Source: Muribaculaceae bacterium (lineage in GTDB: Bacteria; Bacteroidota; Bacteroidia; Bacteroidales; Muribaculaceae). Taken from it: 38,662 nucleotides of DNA. The stretch's first letter is position 1. Each line of letters opens with the position of its first letter. The DNA lies in contig DBFWRP010000108.1 in the NCBI GenBank assembly GCA_048222005.1, forward strand, positions 1-38,662. The letters are read 5' to 3'. The notes under the pieces were generated by a model. It saw only the letters and a list, made by a program, of their open reading frames with translations, made no database searches and was not told the DNA's origin. Shown piece after piece: positions 24,332-34,233 of this stretch. A program made the position numbers and the translations under genes.

Positions 24332-27300
24332 TTACTTCGAAGGGAGGAAGAACTCGAGATCGGCTATATTCACGTTGTTGGCACGCAGTTTTTCCGACAG
24401 GACATCGGTGTCACCGCCGAAGTCAGTGTAGCTCTGCAGAAGAACATATAGATAAGTCGGCACATAACGGTCGGCTACTGAAAGACCGCTGTATCCGCTC
24501 GCTGGCAACGAACGCATCAGCTCCCTGAAATAGGGGAGATAGGCGCCGTAGCGGAGTATCTCTTCCTCCAGGATGGCCATACCCTTAGCTGTCAGGCTGG
24601 CATCGCCGGTTTCCTGCCCCAGACGCAGATATACATCGGCAATCTGGTAGCCGATCTGGATGCTGTAGGGCACCACGCTTGCCGGAAGTTTCTCCTGCAC
24701 AAGGTCGAGCACCTCGGCCGCCTTGCGGTAGCGGTCGGCCGCGTAGACCATATCGGGTTCGGTGGTCACGCCAGTAATGGAGTCGGTCATGGGGCGTGCG
24801 GCGGAGTAACCCTCCACAAACAGGGCATACGCGAGGTCGGCAACCGCCGTGCGGTGGGTGGTGACCATGCGGCGCACCGTCTCGTCGAGATAGATGTCGC
24901 CGTCCTGTGCATGTTCGGCGATGCCGCCCCAGCGGAATTTCTCCATCACGTTGCGGTACATCTTGTCGGTAGCGGTCCATGTGGCATGCTCGCCGTCGGG
25001 ATTATAGAGGGGTGATACCTGATAGGCCAGACCAGTGTTGCGCAGATAGGGCGAAAGGTTGAGGTAATACTCGTCGGGCACGGTCATTGCGAAATAGGCG
25101 GGACGGTTCCAGCCGTTTTTAGCCGAAGTGGCTATCATGTCGAGCGACAGTGCCTGGCTGAGTGTGGCTCCGGAAGATGCGTTTGCCGGGTCCTTGTAAA
25201 GTCCGAGCGTTATCGCCTCGGAAGCTGCAGGAGCCTCCTCGGGAGCAATCACTCCGGCCTTGACGGCCGCATCCACATTCGAGGGGATAAACATGTTGGG
25301 GTAACGCCACAGACGAGCGCCTTTCCACGATGCCTCGGGCGAATGATATAGATCGTCAAGTGCCGTCAGGGCGTTCACACGCTCCGACTTCATGTTGTCG
25401 GGGTCGAAATAGTTGTAGGTAAGACGGTCGAATGCATAATCGGCCGGCGAGGCGCTCATGCCGATAGCTGCAGCGCCGTCGGTGGCCACCTTCATCTGGT
25501 TGGCATACCAGTCGGTGGTGAGGTAGGAGAGGTTGACCACGCGCACATCGGTGCGGTAGCCTTCCACCTCCTGCGCATACCACAGGGGGAAGGTATCGTT
25601 GTCACCGTTGGTGAAGATTATGGCATTGGGGTCGAGGCTCGACAGATAGTTCATGCCGAAGTCGCGGGTGGTGTAACGGCCCGAGCGGTCGTGGTCGTCC
25701 CACGTCTGGCTTACAACCTGAAGGGGAACCGCAATTCCCACCGCACATGCTGCAATTGCCACATAAAGGGCTTTGCGGCTGTCGGTATAGACGGGGCAAC
25801 CCTCATCGTCGGCCTTGGAATTCTTGAGCAGATAGTTGATCAGCGCCGACAGACCTGCCACACCCATGCCGACCCAGATGGCAAAGGCATAGAACGAACC
25901 GGCGAAAGCATAGTCGCGCTCACGCGGCTGCAGCGGCGGCTGATTCAGATAGAGCACGATGGCTATACCTGTCATGAAAAAGAAGAAGAAAATCACCCAG
26001 AACTGCTCTATGCCACGCTTTGAGCAGAAAGCCTGCCAGGTGAGGCCGATGATGCCCATGAGCAGGGGGAGCATGAAGAACACGTTGTGGCCCTTGTTGT
26101 TCTTGCCATAATCGGCGGGAAGGAGGCTCTGGTCGCCCAGACGGGGATTGTCGATGAAGGGGATACCTGAAATCCAGTTGCCGCGGTTGGCCTCTCCGTT
26201 ACCGGCGAAATCGTTCTGACGTCCGGCGAAATTCCACATGAAATAACGCCAGTACATATAGTTGAGCTGGTAATTGAAGAAGTAGCGGAGGTTCTGAACC
26301 ATTGACGGGCGCGGAAGCTGTGCGCTCTGCACGGTGTTTCCATCCTGGTCAACCAGTATCGGGGCTTCCTCAAGCGGCAGATCGGACTCGGCAAGGTTGG
26401 TCCACTCCATATACGCCACCGGATGTCCGGGGGCAGTGCTGTACATGCGCGGGAAGAGCATGTTGGGGGTCATGATGTAGCGCTTGTCGCTCAGATAGCT
26501 CTCATAGCGGTCAGGATCGGCGGGAGAAGCCTTCACAGCCTTCTCATAGAGAGTGGTGGCGGGGCGACGCTTGAAATTGTAGTTGCCAGCGCCGTCAACC
26601 TCATACAGCACTGTGGATTTGAACGACGGGCCGTAGAACAGCGGGGTCTCGCCATACTGCTCGCGGTTAAGATAGGAGCTGAGGGCGAACACATTGTCGG
26701 GGGCGTTCTGATTCATGGGAGGGTTGGCGCTCGAACGGATGAGCAGCAGCGCATAGCTTGAATATCCCACGAAAATCACGAGCACACTCAGCGACACCAG
26801 AGTGAGGATGCGCACCGGGAGCTTCTTGGCGAGCCAGAGATAAAGCGCCAGAGCCACCATGATGATGACCGGAATCCACAAGGAGCTGCCGATGAACGGA
26901 ATGCCGGAGAGCAGAATGGCACACAGGAACGACAGGCGGATTTCGCCTGCACTGCGCTGACGGTAGAGCGCGCTGACACTCCAGATGGCAACGGCGACAA
27001 ACAGGGCGGCGTAGACCACAACGCCCACATTATAGCCGCAGCCGAGGGTGTTGACAAAGAACAGTTCGAAATACTGGCTTACCTCGATGAATCCGGGCAC
27101 CAGGCCATAGAGAATAAGTCCCACTACCACAGCCGAGATGGCGAGAGCCAGGAGCGAGCCTTTGGCGGTGGTGTTCCTGAACTTGCGGTAATATATCACA
27201 AGCACGATGGCCGGGATACAGAGTAGGTTGAGCAGATGGACGGCGATTGACACACCGATGATGTAGGCTATCAGGATGAGATAGCGGTCGGCATGGGGCT

Positions 27301-27814
27301 GGTCGGCACGGTTCTCCCATTTTAGGATGAGCCAGAACACGAGCGCCGTGCAGAACGACGAGAACGCATAGACCTCGCCCTCGACGGCCGAGAACCAGAA
27401 CGTGTCGCTCCAGGCATACATCAGAGCACCGCACAGACCTGAGCCGAACACAACAAGCATCTGCACCAGAGAGACTCCGGTGGCCTCATCGCGGACGATA
27501 AGCCGCTTGACAAGATGTGTGATGGTCCAGAAAAGCAGCAGGATAGTGCCGGCGGAAAGCAGTCCGCTCATGGTGTTGACCATAAGTGCGGCCTTGGAAT
27601 AGTCCCCGAACGCGAAGTTCACAAAGAAACGCGCGGCAAGCATGAAGATGGGGTTGCCCGGCGGGTGTCCCACTTCAAGCTTTGTGCCCTGCGCGATAAA
27701 TTCCGGACAGTCCCAGAAACTCGCTGTAGGCTCAAGTGTGCACAGATATGTCACGGCGGCTATGACGAAACACAGCCAGCCGAGAGTGTTGTTGACGAGC
27801 CGGTAGCGGCTCAT
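24332..27814 (-). CDS. DUF2723 multi-pass membrane protein (TMEM260-like GT-C glycosyltransferase)
   Basis: SFWDCPEFI...HPPG, FWFSAVEGEVYA, RERDYAF and FTNGDNDTFPLWYAQEVEG.R.DVRVVNLSYL; start ATG 27814 (27838 possible). Confidence 0.88.
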   Translation of the reverse strand: MSRYRLVNNTLGWLCFVIAAVTYLCTLEPTASFWDCPEFIAQGTKLEVGHPPGNPIFMLAARFFVNFAFGDYSKAALMVNTMSGLLSAGTILLLFWTITHLVKRLIVRDEATGVSLVQMLVVFGSGLCGALMYAWSDTFWFSAVEGEVYAFSSFCTALVFWLILKWENRADQPHADRYLILIAYIIGVSIAVHLLNLLCIPAIVLVIYYRKFRNTTAKGSLLALAISAVVVGLILYGLVPGFIEVSQYFELFFVNTLGCGYNVGVVVYAALFVAVAIWSVSALYRQRSAGEIRLSFLCAILLSGIPFIGSSLWIPVIIMVALALYLWLAKKLPVRILTLVSLSVLVIFVGYSSYALLLIRSSANPPMNQNAPDNVFALSSYLNREQYGETPLFYGPSFKSTVLYEVDGAGNYNFKRRPATTLYEKAVKASPADPDRYESYLSDKRYIMTPNMLFPRMYSTAPGHPVAYMEWTNLAESDLPLEEAPILVDQDGNTVQSAQLPRPSMVQNLRYFFNYQLNYMYWRYFMWNFAGRQNDFAGNGEANRGNWISGIPFIDNPRLGDQSLLPADYGKNNKGHNVFFMLPLLMGIIGLTWQAFCSKRGIEQFWVIFFFFFMTGIAIVLYLNQPPLQPRERDYAFAGSFYAFAIWVGMGVAGLSALINYLLKNSKADDEGCPVYTDSRKALYVAIAACAVGIAVPLQVVSQTWDDHDRSGRYTTRDFGMNYLSSLDPNAIIFTNGDNDTFPLWYAQEVEGYRTDVRVVNLSYLTTDWYANQMKVATDGAAAIGMSASPADYAFDRLTYNYFDPDNMKSERVNALTALDDLYHSPEASWKGARLWRYPNMFIPSNVDAAVKAGVIAPEEAPAASEAITLGLYKDPANASSGATLSQALSLDMIATSAKNGWNRPAYFAMTVPDEYYLNLSPYLRNTGLAYQVSPLYNPDGEHATWTATDKMYRNVMEKFRWGGIAEHAQDGDIYLDETVRRMVTTHRTAVADLAYALFVEGYSAARPMTDSITGVTTEPDMVYAADRYRKAAEVLDLVQEKLPASVVPYSIQIGYQIADVYLRLGQETGDASLTAKGMAILEEEILRYGAYLPYFRELMRSLPASGYSGLSVADRYVPTYLYVLLQSYTDFGGDTDVLSEKLRANNVNIADLEFFLPSK

Positions 27815-27851
27815 CGGATGTAGTCCTGTAAGGTTCATCTGCCAAAAGCAT

Positions 27852-27895
27852 GCCACACGTGTGAAAGTTTCATTGCATGCAGGCCGACGTGTGGC
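27852..27895. terminator. Inverted repeat between ribE and the DUF2723 gene
   Basis: GCCACACGT...ACGTGTGGC flanked by A4/T4; the 26-nt loop makes termination uncertain. Confidence 0.3.
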
Positions 27896-27959
27896 TTTTC
27901 CGGGAGCATGCCGGAGAGGGGGGAGGAGAGAGGTGGGGGAGTGCGCGGGCAGGCCGCCG

Positions 27960-28559
27960 TCAGATAGCGGAGATGCGCGCTATGTACTTGCCGATGATGT
28001 CGAATTCGATGTTGACTGCCGAGCCTACCTTTATGTCACCGAAATTGGTGTGTTCGAAGGTGTAGGGGATGATGGCCACACGGAACGAATCAGGGGTGGA
28101 ATCGCACACGGTGAGGCTGACGCCGTTGACACACACGGAACCTTTCTCCACGGTGACATATCCCTGACGCGCCATTTCGGGGGCTACGTCATAGCGGAAT
28201 TTGAAATAACGGCTGCCGTCCACCTCCTCGATGTCGGTGCACAGGGCAGTGCAGTCCACATGGCCCTGCACGATGTGGCCGTCAAGACGGCCGTTCATCA
28301 CCATGCAGCGCTCCACGTTCACGCGGTCGCCGGGCTGGAGCAGCCCGAGGTTGCTGCGGCGGAGAGTCTCCTCGATGGCTGTGACGGTGTAGGTGTCGCC
28401 GGCAATGGCCACGACAGTAAGGCAGACGCCGTTATGAGCCACAGACTGGTCGATTTTCAGCTCGTCGGCAAACGGGCATCTGAGCGTGAGATGCAGGTTG
28501 CCCCCATCCTTGACTGCCGACACGACGGTGGCGGCAGTCTCAACGATTCCGGAAAACAT
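27960..28559 (-). CDS. ribE: Riboflavin synthase (alpha chain)
   Basis: MFSGIVE, SVAHNGVCLTV, GHIVQGHVD, KGSVCVNGVSLTV and NIEFDIIGKY. Confidence 0.97.
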   Translation of the reverse strand: MFSGIVETAATVVSAVKDGGNLHLTLRCPFADELKIDQSVAHNGVCLTVVAIAGDTYTVTAIEETLRRSNLGLLQPGDRVNVERCMVMNGRLDGHIVQGHVDCTALCTDIEEVDGSRYFKFRYDVAPEMARQGYVTVEKGSVCVNGVSLTVCDSTPDSFRVAIIPYTFEHTNFGDIKVGSAVNIEFDIIGKYIARISAI

Positions 28560-28580
28560 GAGGTAACAGGGTGTTGGGGA

Positions 28581-29294
28581 TTATTCGGCCATGTTGTGGA
28601 ACACGTTCTGCACGTCCTCGTCCTCCTCAAGTTTTTCAAGGAGTTTGTCGAGGGTTTCGCGCTGCTCGTCGGTAACCTCCTTCACGTCGTTGGGGATGCG
28701 GACGAATTCAGTCGACAGGATTTCAAATCCGTTGCCTTCGAGGTACTGCTGGATGTTCGAATATTCCTCGAACGGACCGTAGAGCACGATTGCATCCTCG
28801 TCGGCCTCAAGTTCATCCACGCCGTAGTCGATGAGTTCAAGTTCGAGATCCTCGAGGCTCATGTCAGGTTTGGGCTGGATTTTCAGCATCACCTTGTGGT
28901 CGAAAAGGAATGTGAGGGAACCCTGTGTGCCCAGGGAGCCGCCGTGCTTAGTGAAATAGGAGCGCACGTTGGCCACGGTGCGGGTGTTGTTGTCGGTAGC
29001 GGCCTCGACGAAGATGGCGATGCCGAAGGGGCCGTATCCCTCGTAGGTGATCTCCTTGTAGTCCTTGGCATCCTTGTCGGTGGCTTTCTTGATGGCGCGT
29101 TCCACAGTGTCCTTGGGCATGTTCTCAGCCTTGGCATTCTGCATCAGAGCACGCAGACGGGGGTTGGTGGAGGGATCGGGGCCGCCGGCCTTCACGGCGA
29201 TGGTGATTTCCTTACCGATGCGTGTGAATGTGCGGCTCATGTTGCCCCAGCGTTTCAGTTTTCTGGCTTTGCGATATTCAAATGCGCGTCCCAT
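28581..29294 (-). CDS. yebC: YebC/PmpR family protein
   Basis: MGRAFEYRK, GGPDPSTNPRLR, YEGYGP, TDNNTRT and EDEDVQNVFHN. Confidence 0.96.
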   Translation of the reverse strand: MGRAFEYRKARKLKRWGNMSRTFTRIGKEITIAVKAGGPDPSTNPRLRALMQNAKAENMPKDTVERAIKKATDKDAKDYKEITYEGYGPFGIAIFVEAATDNNTRTVANVRSYFTKHGGSLGTQGSLTFLFDHKVMLKIQPKPDMSLEDLELELIDYGVDELEADEDAIVLYGPFEEYSNIQQYLEGNGFEILSTEFVRIPNDVKEVTDEQRETLDKLLEKLEEDEDVQNVFHNMAE

Positions 29295-29371
29295 ATTGAG
29301 TGTACTTTTTTATTTTGTTTTGTAATGTTTGGTTCTGATTATTCGGAGAGGGGTGGGAGGGGAGTGGCGTG

Positions 29372-31849
29372 TCAACGCAGTTCGGCGCCGAGTTTCTTGC
29401 GGAGGCTGGTGACGATGCGCTCCATAGCGGAGTCTATCTGTCTGTCCTGAAGGGTCTTTTCATCGTCCTGCAGTGTGATGGAGATGGCGTAGGACTTCTT
29501 GCCGGCAGGGAGGTTCTTCCCTTCGTAGACGTCGAAGAGCTCCACGCCGCGCAGCAGCTTGCGTTCGCTTTCGCGGACGGTGGCCTCCACCTGCGCCATT
29601 GTCACTGCGTTGTCGAGCAGCAGGGCAAGATCGCGCTTCACCGGAAGTGTTTTTGACAGCGGGGTGAATTCCACTTTTTTCTTCACTGCGAGGTTCACGA
29701 GAGCACCCCAGTCGAGTTCGGCGTAGACTACCGGCTGCTTTATGTCGGCCTTGGCAAGCTGGGCTTTGGCCACAAGGCCCATGGCGCCGAGCTGCTTGCC
29801 GGAACGGGTGGCGATGTCGAGGCTTGCCGAGAAGATATTGTCGGAGCCGTCGGCTTTGGTGACGGTGATTTCACGCTCTGCAATTCCGAGACGGGCGAAT
29901 ATGTTGGCCACATGCGCCTTGAGGTCGAAGAATGTGGCTTCCTCGGCCTGATGCACCCAGTTGGCCCGGCGTGAGTTGCCGGTGAGCCAGAGTGCCAGAC
30001 GGCTGGCCTCGGAGAAGGGCGCCAGCGGAGCCTCGGCTGTGGACTGCGCCTGCGGATTGCAGGTGTAGACGTTTCCGAACTCGTAGAAAGCCAGATTCTC
30101 GTTGCGGCGGTTCACATTGTGCGCAATCGACTCCAGACCGCCGAACAGCAGGGTCTGACGCATCACGTTAAGGTCGTTGCTGAGCGGATTGAGCAGCTTC
30201 ACGCAGTGGTCGGCCGGATAGGCTGTAAGGTCGGCGTAATATGCCTCGGCTGTAAGAGAGTTGTTGAGTATCTCGTTGAAACCGCGGCCTGTGAGCTGCT
30301 CGGAAATGAGGCGCTGCAGGTCGTCGGCCTCGTCGGTGAGGGTCTTGAGCTGGAGCGAGGAGTGCACGGTGGTGGAAATCTCCACATTGTTGTAGCCATA
30401 GATGCGGAGCACATCCTCCACAACATCGCAGGGGCGCTGCACATCCACACGGTAGGTGGGCACGAGCAGGTCAACCTCGTTGTCGCGGCGACCGTCGATG
30501 ACTATTTCGAGCGATTTGAGGATGGCATCCACCTCGTTGCGGGGGATGTCCTTGCCCACGAGCGAGTTGAGATAATCATAGCTCAGTGTCACCTTGTAGG
30601 GAGCAACGGGGTTAGGATATATGTCGACAGGTTCTCCGCAGATTTTGCCTCCGGCAAGCTCCTTCACCATGAGGGCGGCAAGCTTGAGGGCATACATGGT
30701 GGCGTTGGGGTCGAGACCTCGCTCGTAGCGGAACGAGGCATCGGTGCTCAGGCCGTGACGGCGCGCCGTGCGGCGGATACGTGTGGGGTTGAAGTATGCG
30801 CTTTCAAGGAAAATGTCGGTGGTCTTTTCGGTGACGCCCGAATTCAGGCCGCCGAACACACCGGCGATGCAGAGCGGCTTCTGCGAATCGCAAATCATAA
30901 CGTCGACCTCGCTCAGGGTGCGTTCCACACCGTCGAGAGTGGTAAATTTGGTGCCTTCGGGGCATGTGCGCACCACAATGCGGTTGTCGGCAATCGTGTT
31001 CAGGTCGAAGCAATGCAGGGGCTGACCGATGCCGTGGAGTATGTAGTTGGTGATGTCGACCACATTGTTGATTGAACGCACGCCGATGGTTTCAAGGCGG
31101 TTGCGCAGCCATTCGGGACTTTCGGCCACCTTGACGCCGCGGATGGTAAGGCCGCAGTAGCGCGGGGCGCCCTGAAGGTCGGCCACCTCCACCTCAACGG
31201 CACCGTCGGCAGTGTCGGGAGCGAACGAGTCGACCGACGGACGGTGAAGGTCGCGGTGCGAGAGATGACAGTCGAGATATGCGGCCAGGTCGCGTGCCAC
31301 GCCGTAATGCGAAGCGGCATCGATGCGGTTGGGGGTGAGGTCCACCTCCATCACGTAGTCGCTTGAAAGATTGTAGTATTCGGCGGCGGGAGTGCCTGGA
31401 GCGGGAGCATTCTCCTCGGGGATGACGATGATGCCGTCGTGCGACTGGCCCACGCCTATCTCGTCCTCGGCGCAAATCATGCCGAGCGATTCAACACCTC
31501 TGATTTTGGAGCGCTTTATGGCGAACTCCTTGTCGCCGTCGTAAAGGATGGTTCCCACGGTGGCCACCACAACAGTCTGGCCTGCAGCCACGTTAGGTGC
31601 GCCGCACACAATCTGTGTGGGTTCGCCGTTGCCGAGGTCCACGGTGGTGATGTGCAGGTGATCGCTGTTGGGATGATCCTCGCATGTGAGCACCTTGCCG
31701 ATAACGATTCCTTTCAATCCACCTTTGATTGATTCCACCTCTTCAAGTCCGTCGGTCTCCAGACCGATTGAGGTCAAGGCCTCCGTGACCTTTTCGGGCG
31801 CAAGGTCGAAATCGAGGTAATCCTTTAACCAATTGTAAGATATATTCAT
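29372..31849 (-). CDS. pheT: Phenylalanine--tRNA ligase beta subunit
   Basis: ISYNWL, IVCGAPNV, TPNRID, INNVVDITNY, RYERG and VELFDVYEG...KKSYA. Confidence 0.98.
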   Translation of the reverse strand: MNISYNWLKDYLDFDLAPEKVTEALTSIGLETDGLEEVESIKGGLKGIVIGKVLTCEDHPNSDHLHITTVDLGNGEPTQIVCGAPNVAAGQTVVVATVGTILYDGDKEFAIKRSKIRGVESLGMICAEDEIGVGQSHDGIIVIPEENAPAPGTPAAEYYNLSSDYVMEVDLTPNRIDAASHYGVARDLAAYLDCHLSHRDLHRPSVDSFAPDTADGAVEVEVADLQGAPRYCGLTIRGVKVAESPEWLRNRLETIGVRSINNVVDITNYILHGIGQPLHCFDLNTIADNRIVVRTCPEGTKFTTLDGVERTLSEVDVMICDSQKPLCIAGVFGGLNSGVTEKTTDIFLESAYFNPTRIRRTARRHGLSTDASFRYERGLDPNATMYALKLAALMVKELAGGKICGEPVDIYPNPVAPYKVTLSYDYLNSLVGKDIPRNEVDAILKSLEIVIDGRRDNEVDLLVPTYRVDVQRPCDVVEDVLRIYGYNNVEISTTVHSSLQLKTLTDEADDLQRLISEQLTGRGFNEILNNSLTAEAYYADLTAYPADHCVKLLNPLSNDLNVMRQTLLFGGLESIAHNVNRRNENLAFYEFGNVYTCNPQAQSTAEAPLAPFSEASRLALWLTGNSRRANWVHQAEEATFFDLKAHVANIFARLGIAEREITVTKADGSDNIFSASLDIATRSGKQLGAMGLVAKAQLAKADIKQPVVYAELDWGALVNLAVKKKVEFTPLSKTLPVKRDLALLLDNAVTMAQVEATVRESERKLLRGVELFDVYEGKNLPAGKKSYAISITLQDDEKTLQDRQIDSAMERIVTSLRKKLGAELR

Positions 31850-31901
31850 CGATGATGGTATGTTTTGTAGCTACACAAAAAACTTTGCAGTTTATGAACC
31901 G

Positions 31902-31909
31902 CAAAGTTA
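31902..31909 (-). promoter_or_regulatory. -7 element (TAACTTTG) for the pheT operon
   Basis: CAAAGTTA followed by an A-run on + strand, about 55 bp upstream of the ATG. Confidence 0.7.
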
Positions 31910-32069
31910 CAAAAAAATCCCAAACATTGATTGTCAGCACTTAGCTTTGTACCATCCCAACTTTTGAATTTGAATTTTTTAATGCTGCATTTTGAGGTGT
32001 ATTAAAGATATGTATAAATTTACTACCGACGAAAAAGATTGGCGGGTTGGCGGTTAGGGGAAAAATGGC

Positions 32070-32077
32070 TATATTTG
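32070..32077 (+). promoter_or_regulatory. -7 element (TATATTTG) immediately before the DUF3078 gene
   Basis: TAnnTTTG separated from ATG 32082 by only 4 nt. Confidence 0.6.
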
Positions 32078-32081
32078 CGGC

Positions 32082-33572
32082 ATGTACAGGACATTTATCA
32101 CATTGGCCATCGGTGCGATAGGGATGTTCGCGCCCGTGGCGGCAGACGCGCAATCACTTTTTGATGAAATCATTATCGACGGCGAAACCGTGAGCGTTGA
32201 CACTGTGGCCCCGGCTAAAGAGAAGTCGGCCAGGGAGCTGCGTCGCGAATCGGCCGCTGCCGAACGTGCACGCCGCGCCCGCCGTGCGGCCATGAAAAGG
32301 GCCGGCATCGACAACCCTCTGTGGGAAATGACCGATGCCGAGGGGAATCTGCTGGAGCCTGAAAACTTCGGGCCGCAGACACTGAACCCCGACACCGCGG
32401 AGGTGATAGAGGCCCTGCTGCTGCCACAACAGGTGCGTTTCCCGATGATTTTCAGCAGATACGACACCGACATAGCCCGTCCGGACGGCTTTGCCGAGGC
32501 CGCGCAGCTGCTTGACGCTGACAAGATGAACTGGGCCGATATGGCGGTGATACGCGACAGGCGGCGGCAGATGCTCGAGCAGGATTTCATGATTGCCCGC
32601 CCCGACCTTGTGCCTTACAATCTGGACAATATGCCCCGTCCGCCGAAGGAGTTTGTGATGGAGGTGGATCCCACTCAGGCCAAAATCACCGTCAGCGAGT
32701 TCGTGCGCGACCAGAAAGAGATGGAGCACGTGGTGGAACCGCTGCATCTCAAGCCCATCCACTGGCTTAAGAATTTCGATGCCTCGCTGCAGTTCTCGCA
32801 GGCATATGTGTCGCCCAACTGGTATCAGGGTGGCAACTCCAACCTGAACGCCATCCTCAATGTGCTTTACGACGTGAAGCTCAATCCGGCGTTCCACCCC
32901 AATCTGATTTTCGAGACTTCGGTGCAGTACAAGCTCGGCATAAACAATGCGCCCGACGACACGGTGCACTCCTACAACATTTCGGAGGACCTGCTGCAGG
33001 TGAACTCGAAAATCGGTCTGAAAGCGGCAAAACGCTGGTACTATTCAATGAACGTGCAGTTCAAGACGCAGCTGCTCAACAATTACCGCACGAATTCAAA
33101 CGACCTTGCCGCCGCTTTCCTCTCGCCGGGCGAACTCAACCTCGGTCTCGGTATGACCTACAACTATGAGAATCCGAAGAAGACCCGCGTGTTCACCGCC
33201 GCCATCTCGCCCTTGTCGTACAACCTGAAGATGTGCACCAACTCGCGCCTCGACCCGGCGGCCTTCGGGCTGGAGGAGGGCAAACGCACTCTGAGCCAAT
33301 ACGGTTCGAGCGCCGAGCTCACATTCAGATGGAAACTCGCCTTCAACATCGAATACTTCTCGCGCATGTTCATATTCACCAACTATGAATATGTTCAGGC
33401 CGACTGGGAAAACACCATAAACTTCAATATAAACCGGTTCCTGACCACCCGTATCTTCGCCCATCTGCGCTATCAGAGCGACGCTGAGCGGATGCCCGAC
33501 ACGAACTGGCACAAATGGCAGTTCAAGGAGATTCTGTCAATCGGTTTCTCCTACAGATTCTCGCGCAGCTGA
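32082..33572 (+). CDS. DUF3078 domain protein (predicted outer-membrane beta-barrel)
   Basis: Signal peptide; FSQAYVSPNWYQGGNSN, FKTQLL, AFLSPG and WENTINFNINRFL; amphipathic terminal strand GFSYRF. Confidence 0.85.
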   Translation: MYRTFITLAIGAIGMFAPVAADAQSLFDEIIIDGETVSVDTVAPAKEKSARELRRESAAAERARRARRAAMKRAGIDNPLWEMTDAEGNLLEPENFGPQTLNPDTAEVIEALLLPQQVRFPMIFSRYDTDIARPDGFAEAAQLLDADKMNWADMAVIRDRRRQMLEQDFMIARPDLVPYNLDNMPRPPKEFVMEVDPTQAKITVSEFVRDQKEMEHVVEPLHLKPIHWLKNFDASLQFSQAYVSPNWYQGGNSNLNAILNVLYDVKLNPAFHPNLIFETSVQYKLGINNAPDDTVHSYNISEDLLQVNSKIGLKAAKRWYYSMNVQFKTQLLNNYRTNSNDLAAAFLSPGELNLGLGMTYNYENPKKTRVFTAAISPLSYNLKMCTNSRLDPAAFGLEEGKRTLSQYGSSAELTFRWKLAFNIEYFSRMFIFTNYEYVQADWENTINFNINRFLTTRIFAHLRYQSDAERMPDTNWHKWQFKEILSIGFSYRFSRS

Positions 33573-33625
33573 CACAGCGCGGACTGTCCCGGGCCGAACC
33601 GCCGCAACCACACACACCGACCGAC

Positions 33626-34219
33626 ATGCCACGAACCTGCCTGCGGATATGCATAATGCTCCTGCTCCTGTGCACACTTGATGCATATGGGGCTGACTGG
33701 CCTGACAAATCGTGGGTGATTCCTGAATTCACAGAGGCCAAAGTCAAAGACACTTTACAGGAATCGCCATCCACAGGCGCGGCCGGGATATGGCAAACCA
33801 CCGACAACGGAGCTGTGGTGGCAGTGGTGGAGGGAAGTATTCCAGGCGCACAGCGCTCATTCGGACGCACCTATCTGCTTGTGCTGCTGAAGTCGCCGCG
33901 CGTGGGCCTGCGACCAGGAACGGTGATGGGATGGATGCAGCCCACGGCCAAGGCCGACAGCTATGAGGCCCAACTGTTCACCCGTTGCAACGGGCGCACT
34001 CTATCGGCGCCCAAACGGTTCACCATCACAATGTCCGATGCGAACCACATGTCGTTCATCCGCGTGCACACGGGTCTGCGGTTCATGCCATGGCGTCTGC
34101 TGCCCTACATGTTCCGCCGTGCCATCCGCGAACGCAATGACAGCCCCAAGGACCTGGACGGAATGGTGCGAGTGTGGCCCGACAATCCTTCGGCACCCAT
34201 CGGAATACGTTATCTCTAA
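33626..34219 (+). CDS. Hypothetical exported protein
   Basis: Signal-peptide-like N-terminus from ATG 33626; operon position and codon usage. Confidence 0.7.
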   Translation: MPRTCLRICIMLLLLCTLDAYGADWPDKSWVIPEFTEAKVKDTLQESPSTGAAGIWQTTDNGAVVAVVEGSIPGAQRSFGRTYLLVLLKSPRVGLRPGTVMGWMQPTAKADSYEAQLFTRCNGRTLSAPKRFTITMSDANHMSFIRVHTGLRFMPWRLLPYMFRRAIRERNDSPKDLDGMVRVWPDNPSAPIGIRYL

Positions 34220-34233
34220 CCCCATTTGACCAT

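Noticed and set aside
27861..29450. 529-aa + strand ORF antisense to ribE and yebC
   Set aside because: Mirror-frame shadow of two same-frame, codon-biased genes; no recognisable motifs.
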